A DNA stretch of 64,000 nt from Eledone cirrhosa. Lineage: Eukaryota. The stretch spans positions 296,980,001 to 297,044,000 of the forward strand of contig OZ024743.1 of NCBI GenBank assembly GCA_964016885.1, read 5' to 3'. A program made the translations under genes and the position numbers. Position 1 is the first letter of the stretch. The number at the start of each line of letters is the position of its first letter. A model generated the notes under the pieces. It ran no database searches and had not been told where the DNA came from. It was given only the letters and a program-made list of their open reading frames with translations. Below are positions 36,954 to 50,567 of this stretch, in pieces.

Positions 36954-37061
36954 CAAAAATAAGACTTAGGGCATATCCAATGGGTGCCTGACACCAGAAT
37001 AATCCATCACGAACAATAATTTCTGCCGTTCCATTGATGTAGGCACCTCCAACCCAGGTTG
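36954..37061 (-). CDS. SLC5A7: CHT1 coding exon 2, 108 nt
   Basis: Acceptor TTTTACAG|; translates [37 protein letters not shown]; donor |GTAAGT; phase 1-1; absent from the ORF track, found by reading. Confidence 0.96.
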
Positions 37062-37339
37062 CTGTAAAACAAAATAAAAATATGAGTTAAAAAGTTAACA
37101 CTAAACTTATATGGTTTTCTAAAATCATGTAGCAATGTTAATAAATTGATATTTGTTCTGCTCTTGTTACATTCTGAGTTCAAATCCCACTAAGGTTAAA
37201 TTTACCTTTCATTTTTCTGGCAATTGATAAAATATACCACCAGTCAAATACTGGGGTGGATTTAATCAACATTTCCTCTTCCCCCAAATTTGTTGGTCTT
37301 GTGCCTTAATTAGAAATCAATGTTAATACATTGAAAGCA

Positions 37340-37536
37340 TGAGTGTAAGCTGAAAAGTTCATGGGATGGCCTGATACTCTCATGGAATGACCAAATGAGG
37401 TTTCTTTTTCAACATAATCCATGGGAAAAAGCAATGCAGTTATTAATAGGAAGAGTTGAAATTAATGCATGCAAGATTTCACAGCCCTAGCATCACTCCT
37501 TTATAGTAAGCCTGTGAACTTTTCAGCCATCCCTCG
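37340..37536. mobile_element. Tc1/mariner-type MITE
   Basis: TIRs GCTGAAAAGTTCA / TGAACTTTTCAGCCATCCCTCG-TA; inverted homologue at 41889 and a partial copy near 43975-44080. Confidence 0.65.
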
Positions 37537-37799
37537 TACTTAGTGATGAGTGAGAGAGAAAACATATAGTATGACATAAAAATATCATATATATGGATGG
37601 TTTCCTTAATATGCCTGAGTACTGCATCAGTTTGGTGTGTAGATATGATTTTTACCTTGATGTGTTTTAGCGAGCCACCATGTGGAGCTAAGTACTGCAT
37701 GGCCAATTCTAGCCAGACTTGTTTCCTGACATGGACGTCCCGTCTAACACATGCAAGCATGGAAAAATTGACACTAAATGGTAATGATGATGATGATGA

Positions 37800-38715
37800 T
37801 ATAAAGAATTAGAAAACAAGTTCCATCTATGGAAACGGAATTTGGAATCAAAAGGTCTGAGAGTAAACTTAGCCAAAACCAAAGTGCTAGTGAGTAGGAA
37901 AGAAGATAGAACCCTGATCCCTTCAGGGAAGTGGCCCTGCTGCATATGTAGAAAAGGAGTAGGCATAAACTCTATATGGTGTACCCAATGTAAATCTTGG
38001 GTACATAAGAGATGTAGTGGGAAAACAGGTAGACTAACAGGAAGAGAAGACTTTGTATGTAGAAAATGAACAGGAGTAATCAAGGGGAAGATTGTCAGTG
38101 ATATAAACCTCTTAAAGTCAGGTCCACAGAAGTGGTTGATGGCTTCTGTTATCTAGGTGACTTAATCAGCAGTGGAGGAGAGTGCTCTGAGAGCATAATA
38201 GTTAGAATAAGGATAGATGGAAGAAGTTTAGAGAGCTACTCTCACAGTTGACAACAAAAGATTTCTCCTTACCTACAAAAGGATGACTGTATGATCCCTG
38301 TGTGCGAAGTGCGATACTGCATGGTAATGAAACATGGGTAGTAACTACAGAAGACATACGTAGACTGGAGAGAAATGAAGCAGCCATGCTTCATTGTATG
38401 TGCAATGTAAATGTCAGAAAAAGGCAGAGAGAGCTTGGTTGAACTGAGGGAAAAGTTGGATTTAAGAGGAATTCGAGGTATGCGCATGGATGATGATTGT
38501 TGGGTGAAGAAATGCCAAAATATAGCAGTGGAAAGAAGCCACAGTAAAGGTAGACTGAGAAAGACCTGGGCAGAGGCAGTGAGAGCTGATCTCAAATCAC
38601 TGAGACTCAAAAAGTAAATGACATAGAAATGTGGTGAGTGGAGAGATGCTGTGCTAAAAAGGACATATACAACCCACGCAAGTGTGGAAAACACTGATGA
38701 TGATAATGATGATGA
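37800..38715 (+). mobile_element. 5'-truncated RTE-clade LINE, 3' end
   Basis: LESKGLRVNLAKTKV (RT C-terminus), Cys-rich WPCCICRKGVG..CTQCKSWVHKRC, FCYLGD, GRLRKTW..VR.DL; CAAGTGTGGAAAA plus (GAT)n tail; stops and frameshifts. Confidence 0.85.
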
Positions 38716-38717
38716 TT

Positions 38718-38748
<31 letters not shown>

Positions 38749-40092
38749 CACCCATATATATGTATATAAACCCATCCTAGCGTGGAAGATAGACGTTAAA
38801 CGATGATGATCATGATATATACTGATAGTATTCATGTTAGTCAGAATGGAGAGCCAATCAAATTACAAAATCTATGACGGCTTATAATTTATTTCTATTG
38901 GCTGTTTTTGAATTTCAATGTAAGATACAGTAACATTTCTTCACAGATCAGTCTTTAAATTCCCCAGAATAGCTGAAGCATTTTTGTTTGGGCTAAAAAT
39001 AACTACACAACTTCTTATTTGATGCAGTTGCTATTTTTCTCCAATTTCTGTATTTTTGTGGGATTGTTTTTGTGTTATTGTGTTATTGATCAGATGTTCC
39101 ATGTTTACTGTTCTGTCTGTAAAAATCATAATGATTATTTTTTTTTAATAAGAGATTTCCATGGTGATGATGTTCAAATGCACACTATTATGTTATATTT
39201 TCCTTTCAATGTTGATGTTAGAGAGATAAAATGAATTGGGTTAAGTAGTTATTGCATGTAAAATTATACTTTTATAATTTTGTTTTTAATTCTTTTACAC
39301 TTTCACTGATTTCAGTCATTAGACTATTACCATGCTGGAGCTCCACTTTATTTAGTTGATCATATCAACCCCAGTACTTATTTTATCAATCTCGGTTTTT
39401 GTTGAACTGTTAAGTTATAAGATTTAAACACGGGCATAAATACAAATGTTTCTGAGGGGTCAATAGATCTGACCAAGTACTGACTTAGTCTGTAACAACC
39501 CATCCAGCTCATGCAAGTATGGACGAAAAAAATGTTAAATGATGCTGCTGGCAATGATGATCATATACATACATATCTGTGTGATATTAATGGAAGTGAA
39601 AATTAGTACTCAATAACGAAGTAGAGCTTAAATAGTCTTTATCATGAATAAGTGATGAATCTTGTTATTTTGGACTTTCACCTGTGTACTCACAAGATCA
39701 TTAGACAAGTTTTATCTGATGTTCCTCTGAATACACAACTGAAACTCAAGAGTGACAAAATTTCACCACTTAGCTTTAATAAAGAATATGTATATATATG
39801 TATGCTGGTGACATAATAAAAATCATCCAGTCCACACTGTTATGTGATTAGTGTTAGGAAGGTTTTTGCAGTTTTCCTCTACAAAATTTCACTCACAAGA
39901 CATATGTTAAACTGAGGCTACAATATATATATATATAAAGAATTAGTATATCTACCAACATATATATACAGATGCATACCTATGCTAGCAAATATATAGG
40001 TTTTGTCTTAGTTTATTTTCTTTCAGAAACTAATTAGTTGGAGTGAAATTTTAGTAAGTAAGTTAATTTTTATAATTTTCTTATTTTACGTC

Positions 40093-40181
<89 letters not shown>

Positions 40182-40238
40182 TGTATGTATGTATGTATGT
40201 ATGTATGTATGTATGTATGTATGTATGTATGTATGTAT

Positions 40239-40695
40239 CAAAGGGCAAAGGAGCTCTTAAGAGTCAATGGCCATCCAAAATCACCGGGAGTGATGACCCC
40301 TTAGCCTTTGTCAAGGCAGAATTCTAGGAGAAGGAAAACTCTGATATAACACCTGCAACCCTGATGGTATCCAATGATGTTGACTTGTTCTTCTTTTTGG
40401 TAAATATCATCTTGGTTAAGAGAGTGGGACTGGCTTTGTGCAGTGCCTTTGCTCACTATAAAAGCTTCACGGCACAGGCATTGCTTTATATCTGGAGATC
40501 TCTCTGCACTTGTCATCACATAGTACCATGGGCCCAGCACTATGTGTCAATAATTGTCACAGGTGTAGTGTTTGTACCAGAGTTTTCAAGTCGTTGGCTG
40601 GACTAAAAAGTCACACTTGTTCAGCACATCGGTAGGGGTTCTCCTACATGGATATAAAGTAGTGGCCGTACTCGAAAACGAGTTGGCAGCCACCA
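40239..40695 (-). mobile_element. Probable LINE 3' end embedded in a (TATG)n microsatellite
   Basis: More GC-rich decayed insert with (TATG)n on both sides; on the minus strand it runs into an (ATAC)n tail; family not identified. Confidence 0.45.
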
Positions 40696-40752
40696 TGTAT
40701 GTATGTATGTATGTATGTATGTATGTATGTATGTATGTATATATATATATAT

Positions 40753-40824
<72 letters not shown>

Positions 40825-41176
40825 TCATCATCATCATCATCATCGTCATTTTACGTCCGCTTTTCCCTGCTTGTAAAGTTATGTTGGTACCACGACATCC
40901 AGCCCGAAACAAATGAGGTCGTGTAGGTGTCACGACAAAAAAAACACACAGTCTACGCTGTAATGTGGCCGTGTAGGTAACACGGTAAAAACCTCCCAGT
41001 TCCACACTGTAAATGTGGTTGGTGTTAGGAAGGGCATCCAGCCGTAGAAAACCCACCAGACAGTCCTATGTGAGCAAGACAACCACTCTTGCCTCAAGTG
41101 GGAAAACACTCGTACAAACCCATGCAAGCGTGGAATATGGATGTTAAACGATGATGATGATGATGATGATGATATA

Positions 41177-41456
41177 TGGAGGCATATGGCTTAGTGGTTA
41201 GAGCATTGGTCTTGCAATCGAAAGGTTGTGAGTTCAATTCTCAGAATGGGTGATGTGTTGTTTCCTTGAGCAAGACACTTTATTTCCCATTGCTCCAGTT
41301 TACTCAGCTGTAAGTGGACGTGTAGGTGCCATGGAAAAAAAAGCACCCATCACTCACTGTAAATGAGGTTGGTGTTAGGAAAGGCATCCAGCTGTAGAAA
41401 TCAAGCCAGAATCAGTTCCCATTCCACCCTTACAAACAGGGAAAAGCGGACGTAAA

Positions 41457-41488
<32 letters not shown>
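41177..41488 (+). mobile_element. tRNA-derived CORE-like SINE, family B, with RTE-like tail
   Basis: Box A TGGCTTAGTGGTTAGAGC, box B GAGTTCAATTC, CORE-like CCTTGAGCAAGACACTT, tail GGAAAAGCGGACGTAAAA(TGA)n. Confidence 0.8.
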
Positions 41489-41888
41489 ACATGTAGCAGG
41501 GAAAGTAGACATTAAAAGGACAATGATGATATATACAGCCATAAGAATGTATCAGGCTAGAGTCAGATGAATAATGGCTGGGTGGGTGGTGTTTAGAGAA
41601 GGTGTTTTTTTAATAATGGATCAACGTTTGTTAAATTGGATGGAATGTAATTCTCCTTCTTAAATGTTATATATCAACCTCGTCCTCTTCATCAACATCA
41701 TTTAACATTCACTTCTCCATGTTGGCATGGGTTAGATGGGTCACATACCAAGTCATTATTCAATCAGTGATACTTTTCTCCTTAACTGGCTCAGAGGAAG
41801 CATCTTGCCTTACATACATTCTGGTTTTTGCATGGTTTCTACAACTGGGTGCCTCTCTTATCACCAATGTAAATGGATATGCCATGTA

Positions 41889-42086
41889 TGAGGGTTGGCT
41901 GAAAAGTTCATAGGGTGATTATGAAGGAGTAATGGTAGAGCTGTGAAATCTTGCATGCATTAATTTCAACTCTTCTTATTAATAACTGGATTATTTCTTT
42001 ACAGGGATTATGTTGAAAAATAAACCTCATTTGGTTATTCCATGAGAGTATCTTGGTCAGACTATGAATGTTTCAGCTGACACTTG
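41889..42086. mobile_element. Tc1/mariner-type MITE, same family, opposite orientation
   Basis: TA-TGAGGGTTGGCTGAAAAGTTCATAG...CTATGAATGTTTCAGCTGACACTTG; interior is the reverse complement of 37340-37536. Confidence 0.65.
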
Positions 42087-44084
42087 GACATAACATAACT
42101 TTGTTATAACAATGCTTGGAGAAAATATATTTATGACACACTGTATTTTGAACAAGAATCATTGATCTTGTGGATCACTTATTGTTTGGTAAAAGTACAA
42201 CTGGTTTTAGAGGAGTCCCTAATAAGAAATTCCTGCTTCTTTTTGTCTAGTTTTTTAAAAGAAAAATCGATTTTAGAGGGAAATAAGTAAATAATATTTA
42301 AAAAAAATTTGAAAAATTATTTTTATGAATAATATTTTAAAATAACAAAAAAATTCCCAAGGATTTAAATGATTGAAGATGTGAAGTAAATAGAATGTTT
42401 GCAATTAAAGAAGAATATGGAGAATATTATTATTTTATTATTATTATTTTTTCTTTTCAAAAAAATTTTGAATAATTTTTGGATAGGAATTAAAATGAAC
42501 CACATATCCTGATAATTGGTTTCCACTCCTTTCTGCAGATAATAGAGCAGGGGGTGAGGGGGGGGGGGGGGAAGAAGAAGAGGAATACAAAGAAGAGGTA
42601 GAAGAAAAGGAGGAGGAAGAAGAAGAAAAAGGAGAGGAGTAATTCTTTTTATTCACCGAGACAATTGTTTAGTCAGCTATGTAATTTTAACAACAGCTCT
42701 GGGCTAGCAAACAAGAAAAATCACATCTTTAAAATATTAAAGATAATCCTTCTCATACAAACCAGCCTGAAACTACCCTTGGTTCTATGATACAAAGCTG
42801 TTTATTTCTAAATGTTTATATTTATCTGAAAACCTTGTATCATAATTTTAAGTAAGAGCCTTTGTAAAGTTATGCTCCAAACACCAGCTTAATAACAAGA
42901 AAGTTAATTATATTATTAAATCTCTTCAAATTATTCACTATTTTCAAAATGATTGCAACATTATATGCAATGCCTTACATTAGAATTATGGTAATTAAAA
43001 GGTTGAAATCTGTCCTATGCCTAAGGACTCAACAAGCCAGAGTTTAACTTGATTTTAAAAATGTTAACTGATTAAGAGTACAAGACTTCCTCACTAGATG
43101 GATGGGATGCCAGTCCATTGCAGCATTAACTCTCCAGCTGCTGCTTCATCGTCATCATCATCACTGTTTAATGTCCATTTTTCCAGGCTAGCATGAGCTA
43201 GACAAGTTATCCTGTTGTGAGCAATGCCAGGTCAGGTGACCATGCCTCACTCATACAGAACTGATTTTGGATTGGTTTCTACAGCTGGATGCCCTTGGGC
43301 ATATAGGCATGTGGTTAGAGTGTCTCAGGAAAGAATCACTGGGCAGATTTTACAGGCAAAACCAACAGGCAGGAGACTCAGGAGTAGATCCTGAGCAAAA
43401 TGGTTAGATAACATCCATGAGTTTATTCTTGCTTGGGGATCTAGCCAGATCAGTCAGGGACAGTTGCTTCTGACAGGACCCTCTGAAAGGAGTGTTTGAG
43501 GACTCAGCCCCCACAACCCTCTCAGGAATAAGTGTGCTCATTTATTTCTGAGTGAACTAGGGCAACATAAAATGTAATGTATTGCTCAAGGACACAATGT
43601 TCTGACTTCTCTGGAAAGTGAAATTATAACCTTACAACCATAAGCTCAAAACCTGAACCATTAACCCATGCATATTTATAAGTTAGTATATAACTGTCTG
43701 TTATTAAAGAGTCACAATGTTCTACAAATTAAATACTTGTGATAGATTTAATCAGGTGATATATGTAACAAGGGTAAGAGATCTAAAGCATTTTATTGCT
43801 ATGCAGGAGTTATGATTTTTTTGTTAGGTATTTTATATAAAAAAAATCTTCAGCAAATTTTAATTTATCTGCTGTCACTCAAGAACTGAATATGTGGGCT
43901 CAATCTTACACTGCTTAAAAATAAAAAAAAAGGGAAATAGAAATGTTTTTTGTTGATAAGCAACCATTTTGTTAAAACTGCATTGTTTCTTTCCAGGGAC
44001 TATGTTGGAAAATAAACCTCACATGGTTATTCCATGATAGTATCTTGGTCAGCCTATGAACTTTCCAGCTGACCCTTGTATGCA

Positions 44085-44975
44085 TGTTACTTTGAACTCT
44101 GAGTTCACTGGTATTGTCTGTAACGAACACTATGCCATCTGAAACTCTAATCAGTGATCACCTCTGGTCAAGGTGGTAATATATATATATATATATTACT
44201 TTAATCTCTGAGTTTACTGGTATTATCAGTGATTAATACTATATATTTTACTATATCTGAACTCGACAAAATGATGCAGGATTACACCATATCAATTACT
44301 TGCATCCTGACATAACCTTGAAGCAACAACTCTCTTTACAGCATCTGCTGCTTGAAATGATCGTGGTGTAGCCGTTGTCGTCAACACTAAACTATTACCT
44401 CTTCTTTTGTTTATAAGAAAGTTGGTGAACATACTTTTATTGCCAACATTAAGGGAAATCCGAAACCAAAAAGGAAACAATGATTACTTGTTATTGTCCT
44501 CACAATGTAATGTCTGAAGAAGTTGTAAATTTCTATCAAAAGTTGAGCAACACCATTGAGAATCTTTTTGCTTCATTGAGAATCTTTTTTCTTCAGCTTC
44601 AATGGAGGGATGACTCAAGAAGAAGAAGAAGTAACATACTATATCACCCAAGACTCTAAACAGTGACCATTTTGTGGTGGTCAAGGTAACGATGTGTATG
44701 ACTTTAATCTACAAGTTTACTTGCATTGCCATCTAAACCTCTAAACAGGGACCATCTCTGGTCAAGACTTTGATCTCTGAATTTACTGGTATTCGCTATG
44801 ATTAACGCTATACCATCTCAGACTCTAAACAGTGACCATCTGATTAAGTGTTCAAGGTAATATTACGTATATTACTTTGATTTCTGAGTTTACTGGTATT
44901 TTATTTCCTTTCATTAATATTATGTCATCAATGACTCTAAACCGTGACCATCTGTTGGTGAAAATGATAATATGT
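44085..44975. repeat. Degenerate 70-110 bp tandem units interrupted by a LINE remnant
   Basis: Recurring ACTTTRATCTCTGAGTTTACTGGTATT and GACTCTAAACAGTGACCAT. Confidence 0.65.
44290..44590 (+). mobile_element. LINE APE-endonuclease remnant
   Basis: Frameshifted GVAVVVN...IANIKGNP...MITCYCPHN...EEVVNFYQKLSNTIE. Confidence 0.5.
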
Positions 44976-45720
44976 GCAAAGATTCCAAACAGACTTTTGG
45001 AATGCTTTCAAGCATTCTGTTTAAATAAAATGATTTAAAATACAAATATAATAAAAATCATAATCTGCTGCTCAAACATTCTTGCGTTTATATGACAGAA
45101 TTTATTTAGATTATCACCAATGTAGGCACACTGTCAAAAAGTTTCACCACTGAAATATATATTGATTTTAGATGAGATCTTATTGATATCTTTCTGACTG
45201 TTCATCAAAGTATTTTGATAGGATACAGTTAATACTTTAGACCTAACCTGTTATCCCAGCATTCCAGTATCAATATGTTTTACTACAGTCCACCAACCTA
45301 ATATTCTATTCTGCTACATATTTCTGTATATTACTCTTACTAACAGTTTTCTGCTCAACTCAGTCATCATTTTACAATGTTGTTCTAACCTAAGTTCTTA
45401 GGTTAGGCATTGCTGCGATTTTTGCCAAGTTTGTACACTGATTATCGAAAAATCAGAGTTTATTACTTATATATCTGCACTTCAGAACATTGGACAAACA
45501 TAAACATTTTATGATATATAGTTTTGTATCATAATACCAGGAGCAGTTTCTGGTGGGTTAGAATCAAACAGGCTAAGTTCAAAACAGACAATGTCAGATC
45601 AAACATGTGCAAATCAGGATTTTCTTATAACCACTAAGTCATTGGAAGATATCTTACCAATCTCTGGTACCTACAAAATTGGATAACAGTCAATGTGATG
45701 CTATGTAGCAGTTAGCTATC

Positions 45721-45753
<33 letters not shown>

Positions 45754-46249
45754 GAATTAGTTGACTTGCAGTACTTGCTATCTCTGTGACAGGAAAATAA
45801 CAAGCATTTATAGATTCTTGACAGCACTTCACCTTGAAATCCTTACTCACACCTTAATTACCTCAAGACTAGATATATACAATTCTTTGTTAGATTCAAA
45901 GGGTCAAATATAGATAAGATGTTTAGAGTGCTATAACCTGTTTAATATTCAGTACATGCAATTGTAAGTATAGAGACTGAAGTTTTGTTGAGAAATATTT
46001 TTAATGACTTAATAAAGCTATTTATAAAACATATGATAATGTTAAGGTGGTAAATTGACAGAATTTTTATAATGTCAGATAAAATGTGTTGTAATAGTCA
46101 TTCTAAATCTCTGTGCTCTGTGTTCAAATCCTACATAAGTCAACTTTGCATTCTATCTTTTTGGGGTTGATAACATACCAGTTCAGTACTCTGATCGATT
46201 TTACTTCTATCTCACTTCCATGCATGTATATATACAAACATACATATAC

Positions 46250-47100
46250 AAAATATCTGATTCACAAAAAAGATAGGGATGAAGGCAAAACACCTTAGAT
46301 GTGACAACAAATGCAGACTCTGCAGAATTAACATTGAAGATGTCACACATGTCATAAGCAACTGTCCAAAGATCTAATCATGGTACTATCTCCCTATGAG
46401 GCATGATGTAATAGCTAAAACATTGTACAATGCAATCCGTAGAAAAGATAGCCCCACAATAAACATATAAAAAGTTACAGCAATGTGGAAGACATACATA
46501 CACATAATATAAAAGAGTACTGGTGGAATATTCCAGTCAAAACCCCAATAAAATGCAAGCATAACAGACCAGATATAATGATATGGGACAGGGAAAAGAA
46601 GACATGCGCAGTAGTGGAACTCAGCTGCCCAGCAGATGCCAATATAATATTAAAGATTAGCAAAAAGGATAATATCTATGCAGAACTAATGAGGAATCTG
46701 CAGATACTCCCCCCTGACTATACCTTCAGATTTATACCTGTGGTTATTGGGGCACTGGGATATATTAGTAACTGCTGCAGTACAAATCTCGAGAAGCTGG
46801 GCTTCACAGAACCAGAAAGAACTCGACTAATTAGGTAGTAACAAGTCCAATCCATTAATGGAACAGTAAAAATGTGTAAAATATTCCAAAATTTCTGTAT
46901 GTAATAACTGCATGTACACATGTACAGATACAAAACATATAACTCAAAACATCCACATTCACACATACAATAACATCCATAACTACACACACACATGCTG
47001 ACATATCTGCCTAGTTGATGTTGTTGAAATTCCAGTGAAAGAGTCTTGTGTCTATGTTAGAAACCGACTCTCTTTCTATTGGTAAAAATTGATAGAATTA
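46250..47100 (+). mobile_element. 3' fragment of an RLE-type non-LTR retrotransposon (R4/Dong-like)
   Basis: CCHC knuckle CRLCRINIEDVTHVISNC, RHDVIAK, restriction-like endonuclease HNRPDIMIWD...VVELSCP...K.NIY, and IPVVIGALG; in-frame stops. Confidence 0.8.
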
Positions 47101-49606
47101 TAAAATCACAAGTACATACATACATACTCTTTTATTCTTTTACTGGTTTTAGTCATTAGACTGTTACTTTGTTGGAGATGGGTGGGTAGGTAGTGATAAT
47201 GGATGAGTAGATAATGATTGTGATGGCAAATTTCCTTCCATATAAGAGGACAGAGTGAGGACTGTTTACAGAGTAAGTCAACACACTCCATCTTGGGCTG
47301 AAGTTGTTACAATACAATAGCACTGAAAATACGGATAAAAACGAAAGTAAACTTTGAAAAGTCCTAACACTAACATTACCTTCAAAATCAATATTTCATA
47401 AATAAAGCACTTGTATGACTTCTAACTTATAGATTATAGGTTCACAACTACCGTTATTATTTTACTCTTTCTATCAAATGAAGAAAAACGAAATGGGGCT
47501 GGATGACATTTAAAAAATTTATCTATTGAGGTTGCCATGTGAAAAATGAAAGACCACTGTAGAGGCCATGCCAAAAAAGAGTGTTGCCTTATACATCAGT
47601 TGATATCTCTTTCCTTCTTGCTACTAAAAAGCTACATCTTGCTCTGCCCCATAGATATTTACTGTTTAGTCAAAGGTGGAATGGTAGTACCTATGATCCT
47701 TTTCAGTGCCTATGAGACTGGTGGGAAGAAAGGTAAGAAAGTATCCTCAAACTGAAGACTTGGCCCAAATATTTGCAACATGTTGGACTCTAAAGTAATC
47801 CAAGGGCCACATGGTGATGTTAAACAAAGCAGTGGACTAAGCCTATCACCTAAAGAGACCAAACTGAGATTTGAACTCAGAACATAAAACAAACACCACA
47901 AGGTGTGTTATCACACTCTCTTATAATTCTGCTAATTCATTGCCTCAGACTTGGTCTATTACTTTATTTTATTGATCCCAAAAGAATGAAAGAGAAATTG
48001 AACTGTGCTGGGATTTGAACTCAAAGTGCAGGAAGCTAGAACAAATACTGCAAGGCATTTATACTCATGCTCTAATGGCTGCCAATTCACCTGTTTTTGA
48101 TATTTTTATTACTCCAATTTATTCCTCAAGGTGAGAAGTTCATACTACACAGGATTTCACAATCTCACACATCCTTATTTCCTACATGCACTTCACAAGA
48201 AAAATTTCAAGTATCTTAAGCTGAAAGTTTAACTTCCAAAGTTCTTTCACTACCAACTTCCTATATATCTACTGTGTTTCAATAAACTCCCAGAAATAAT
48301 TTGAGTGTCCCTAATAACCTTTTCAATTCTGCTATAGTATCCACTATTCTCTTATATCCCTCTGTCCCGTATCTAATGCCTCTTCTATGTGAATGTGTCC
48401 TAACTTGTAGATACCAAATGCCTTGCACCATCACTTTTTAGTAATTAGTCTCATCAACACCCTCTCTGCTGTATTCTATATTATTGTACTACAACTATGC
48501 AGTGGGTGTAACCTCCGATCTGTCCATTCTGCAATGCTTAAAAAATCTATAACATTCTTCTGTAACAAAATTAATTATAATTTCACATTTTTCTTTCAGA
48601 TTTTCCAATATGAAAGGCATGTAATGTATTAAGTTTGAAATTGAGTTCCAGATCAATATTTACTCTTGTCCTTGGTAATTACTATAGATAAGGAGATAAG
48701 CATGTGACCTTATGATTACAGTGTTGACCTCACAATAGCAAAGTCATAGGTTCAATTCTGAAGCTGAGCATGTCCTTTCATGCTGCTTCAGTTTAATCAG
48801 CTGAAAATAAGTAGCAGTAACAGCTGGAGTTTAGTTAACATTACAATGGACTGGTATCCTGTCCACAAGGGAGTCGCTTACTGTCATGTACACATCTTGA
48901 TCCACCCAACTGAATCTTAACCCTAATATGGTCCTCTCCATGGGTACTAACTTCCCTCAGAGGAAGTGGGTGTCTCTGAATTGGCACAGGTGTCAGCCAA
49001 TTTAATGCAGCCATGCACTGTTGGAGGCTGTGTCAATCAGCAGCTTGGCAATGTGGTGTGCCAGAGCAAGTGGCTCAACATATACTGAGAGAATGCCTGG
49101 ATTTCTACCTACCTAAAAATAGTAACCTCACACCCTAATCCCACTACCATGACCTGGTTACAATGTCCAAGGGACATCACATAATTGTAGCTATCTCATA
49201 TACAAAAAGTCTTTCATGTACCACTACATGAAACTGGGATAACTTTCAGCCTTAAGGTTTGAGACAGACTTTAAATAGTTTCAGTCTAGTTGAATCTATT
49301 TAATCCTACTTATAATACTAATGGCTTTTGGAGAGATATGATCATTACAACATGCCAAGTTCCCTTCACTTAATATTTATTGAGCTATGTGCCTTCAAAA
49401 TGCCAATAAAATAGATAACATTAACTAAAATACATTCCCTCCCCCTCCCCATCCCTCGTCCCTTCTTAACTCCCCCACTCCCCTCTCCCCCTTCTCCGTA
49501 CCCTCCTATTCCTCTCCCTCTTCACCTCTCAACCCCTTCCCTCTACCTCCAATTCTTTCTCCTCGTCTCTTTTCCTATATTCTTTTTCCAGGAATCAAAG
49601 TTCATT

Positions 49607-49647
<41 letters not shown>

Positions 49648-49967
49648 TTAACATGATAATGAACAAATTTGATTCCTGGAAAAAGAATATAGGGAAAGAG
49701 ACAAGGAGAAAAAGCAGAAAAACCAAAATAGGTGCTGTATGGTTAAGGTGCCCACTTCACAGTCATGGAATTTTGGTTTCACTCCCATTGTGTGGCACCT
49801 TGGGAAAATGTCTACTGCTATATACTAAAGTAGGCTGGGGCCCTATGAATAAAATGTTGTTGATAGAAACTACAGAAGCTCATTTAATATAGGTATGTAT
49901 ATATGCATTTGGGTGTGTGTACATGTGAGCATGTGTGTGTGTTTGTGCCTATGTTTATGACCCTTAA

Positions 49968-50174
49968 CCCTTTAGCATTTAACCGGCCATATCTGGCCCA
50001 AATTCTCTCCTCTCTTTCTGTTTAAACCGGTCATAACTGATACCTCATACTGACGTTAAGGTATTGTTCTCAAAATAAATAATATCAAAATCTCATAGAT
50101 TCGATATTATGTGAGGTAAAGACTTTACCATGAAAATACAATAGTAAATATATAGTAATGTAAATGCTAAAGGG
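49968..50174. mobile_element. piggyBac-type MITE, family 1, copy 3
   Basis: TTAA-CCCTTTAGCATTTA...TAAATGCTAAAGGG-TTAA. Confidence 0.88.
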
Positions 50175-50347
50175 TTAATTCAACAAACAAGAGATTGATA
50201 CAATAAGTACCAGACTTGAAAAACATACATACAAGGGACAATATGATTGACCAAATCCCTTTAAGGCATCGCTGCAGTCTAATGAATATAAAAGAATAAA
50301 AAAAATATTTTCAATTTAATTGAATATCACGTGGAAGCATGACTTAC

Positions 50348-50522
50348 CTGTCATTGTAAATATTCCGACAAGCATTCCTAGATTCCGCCCAGCTAACATC
50401 ACATCGTCACTGTCGGCTTGTGCACCTGTTTGTTTGGACTTGCGACCAGCCCATATTCCAACGAATAAGATTCCCAAGTAGAAGATAACAATAGCTAAAA
50501 CTCCAGCAATGTGCACAGCCAT
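50348..50522 (-). CDS. SLC5A7: High-affinity choline transporter (CHT1, Na+/solute symporter family), coding exon 1, 175 nt
   Basis: ATG at 50522; [30 protein letters not shown]...[18 protein letters not shown] matches the CHT1/CHO-1 N-terminus; donor CAG|GTAAGT at 50348/50347, phase 1. Confidence 0.96.
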
Positions 50523-50567
50523 TGTTGTGGTCTTTATGTACTTGAAGCCTCTCAGTGATTGTCAAGT
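50523..50567 (-). other. SLC5A7: 5'UTR part of the first coding exon of CHT1
   Basis: Strong acceptor TTTTCTTTCTTATTTCAG| 45 nt upstream of the ATG implies an upstream non-coding exon. Confidence 0.7.

Noticed and set aside
41177-41260. tRNA gene (also 53501-53580)
   Set aside because: Box A and B are present, but the sequence runs into a CORE-like SINE body with no complete acceptor stem; it is a SINE head
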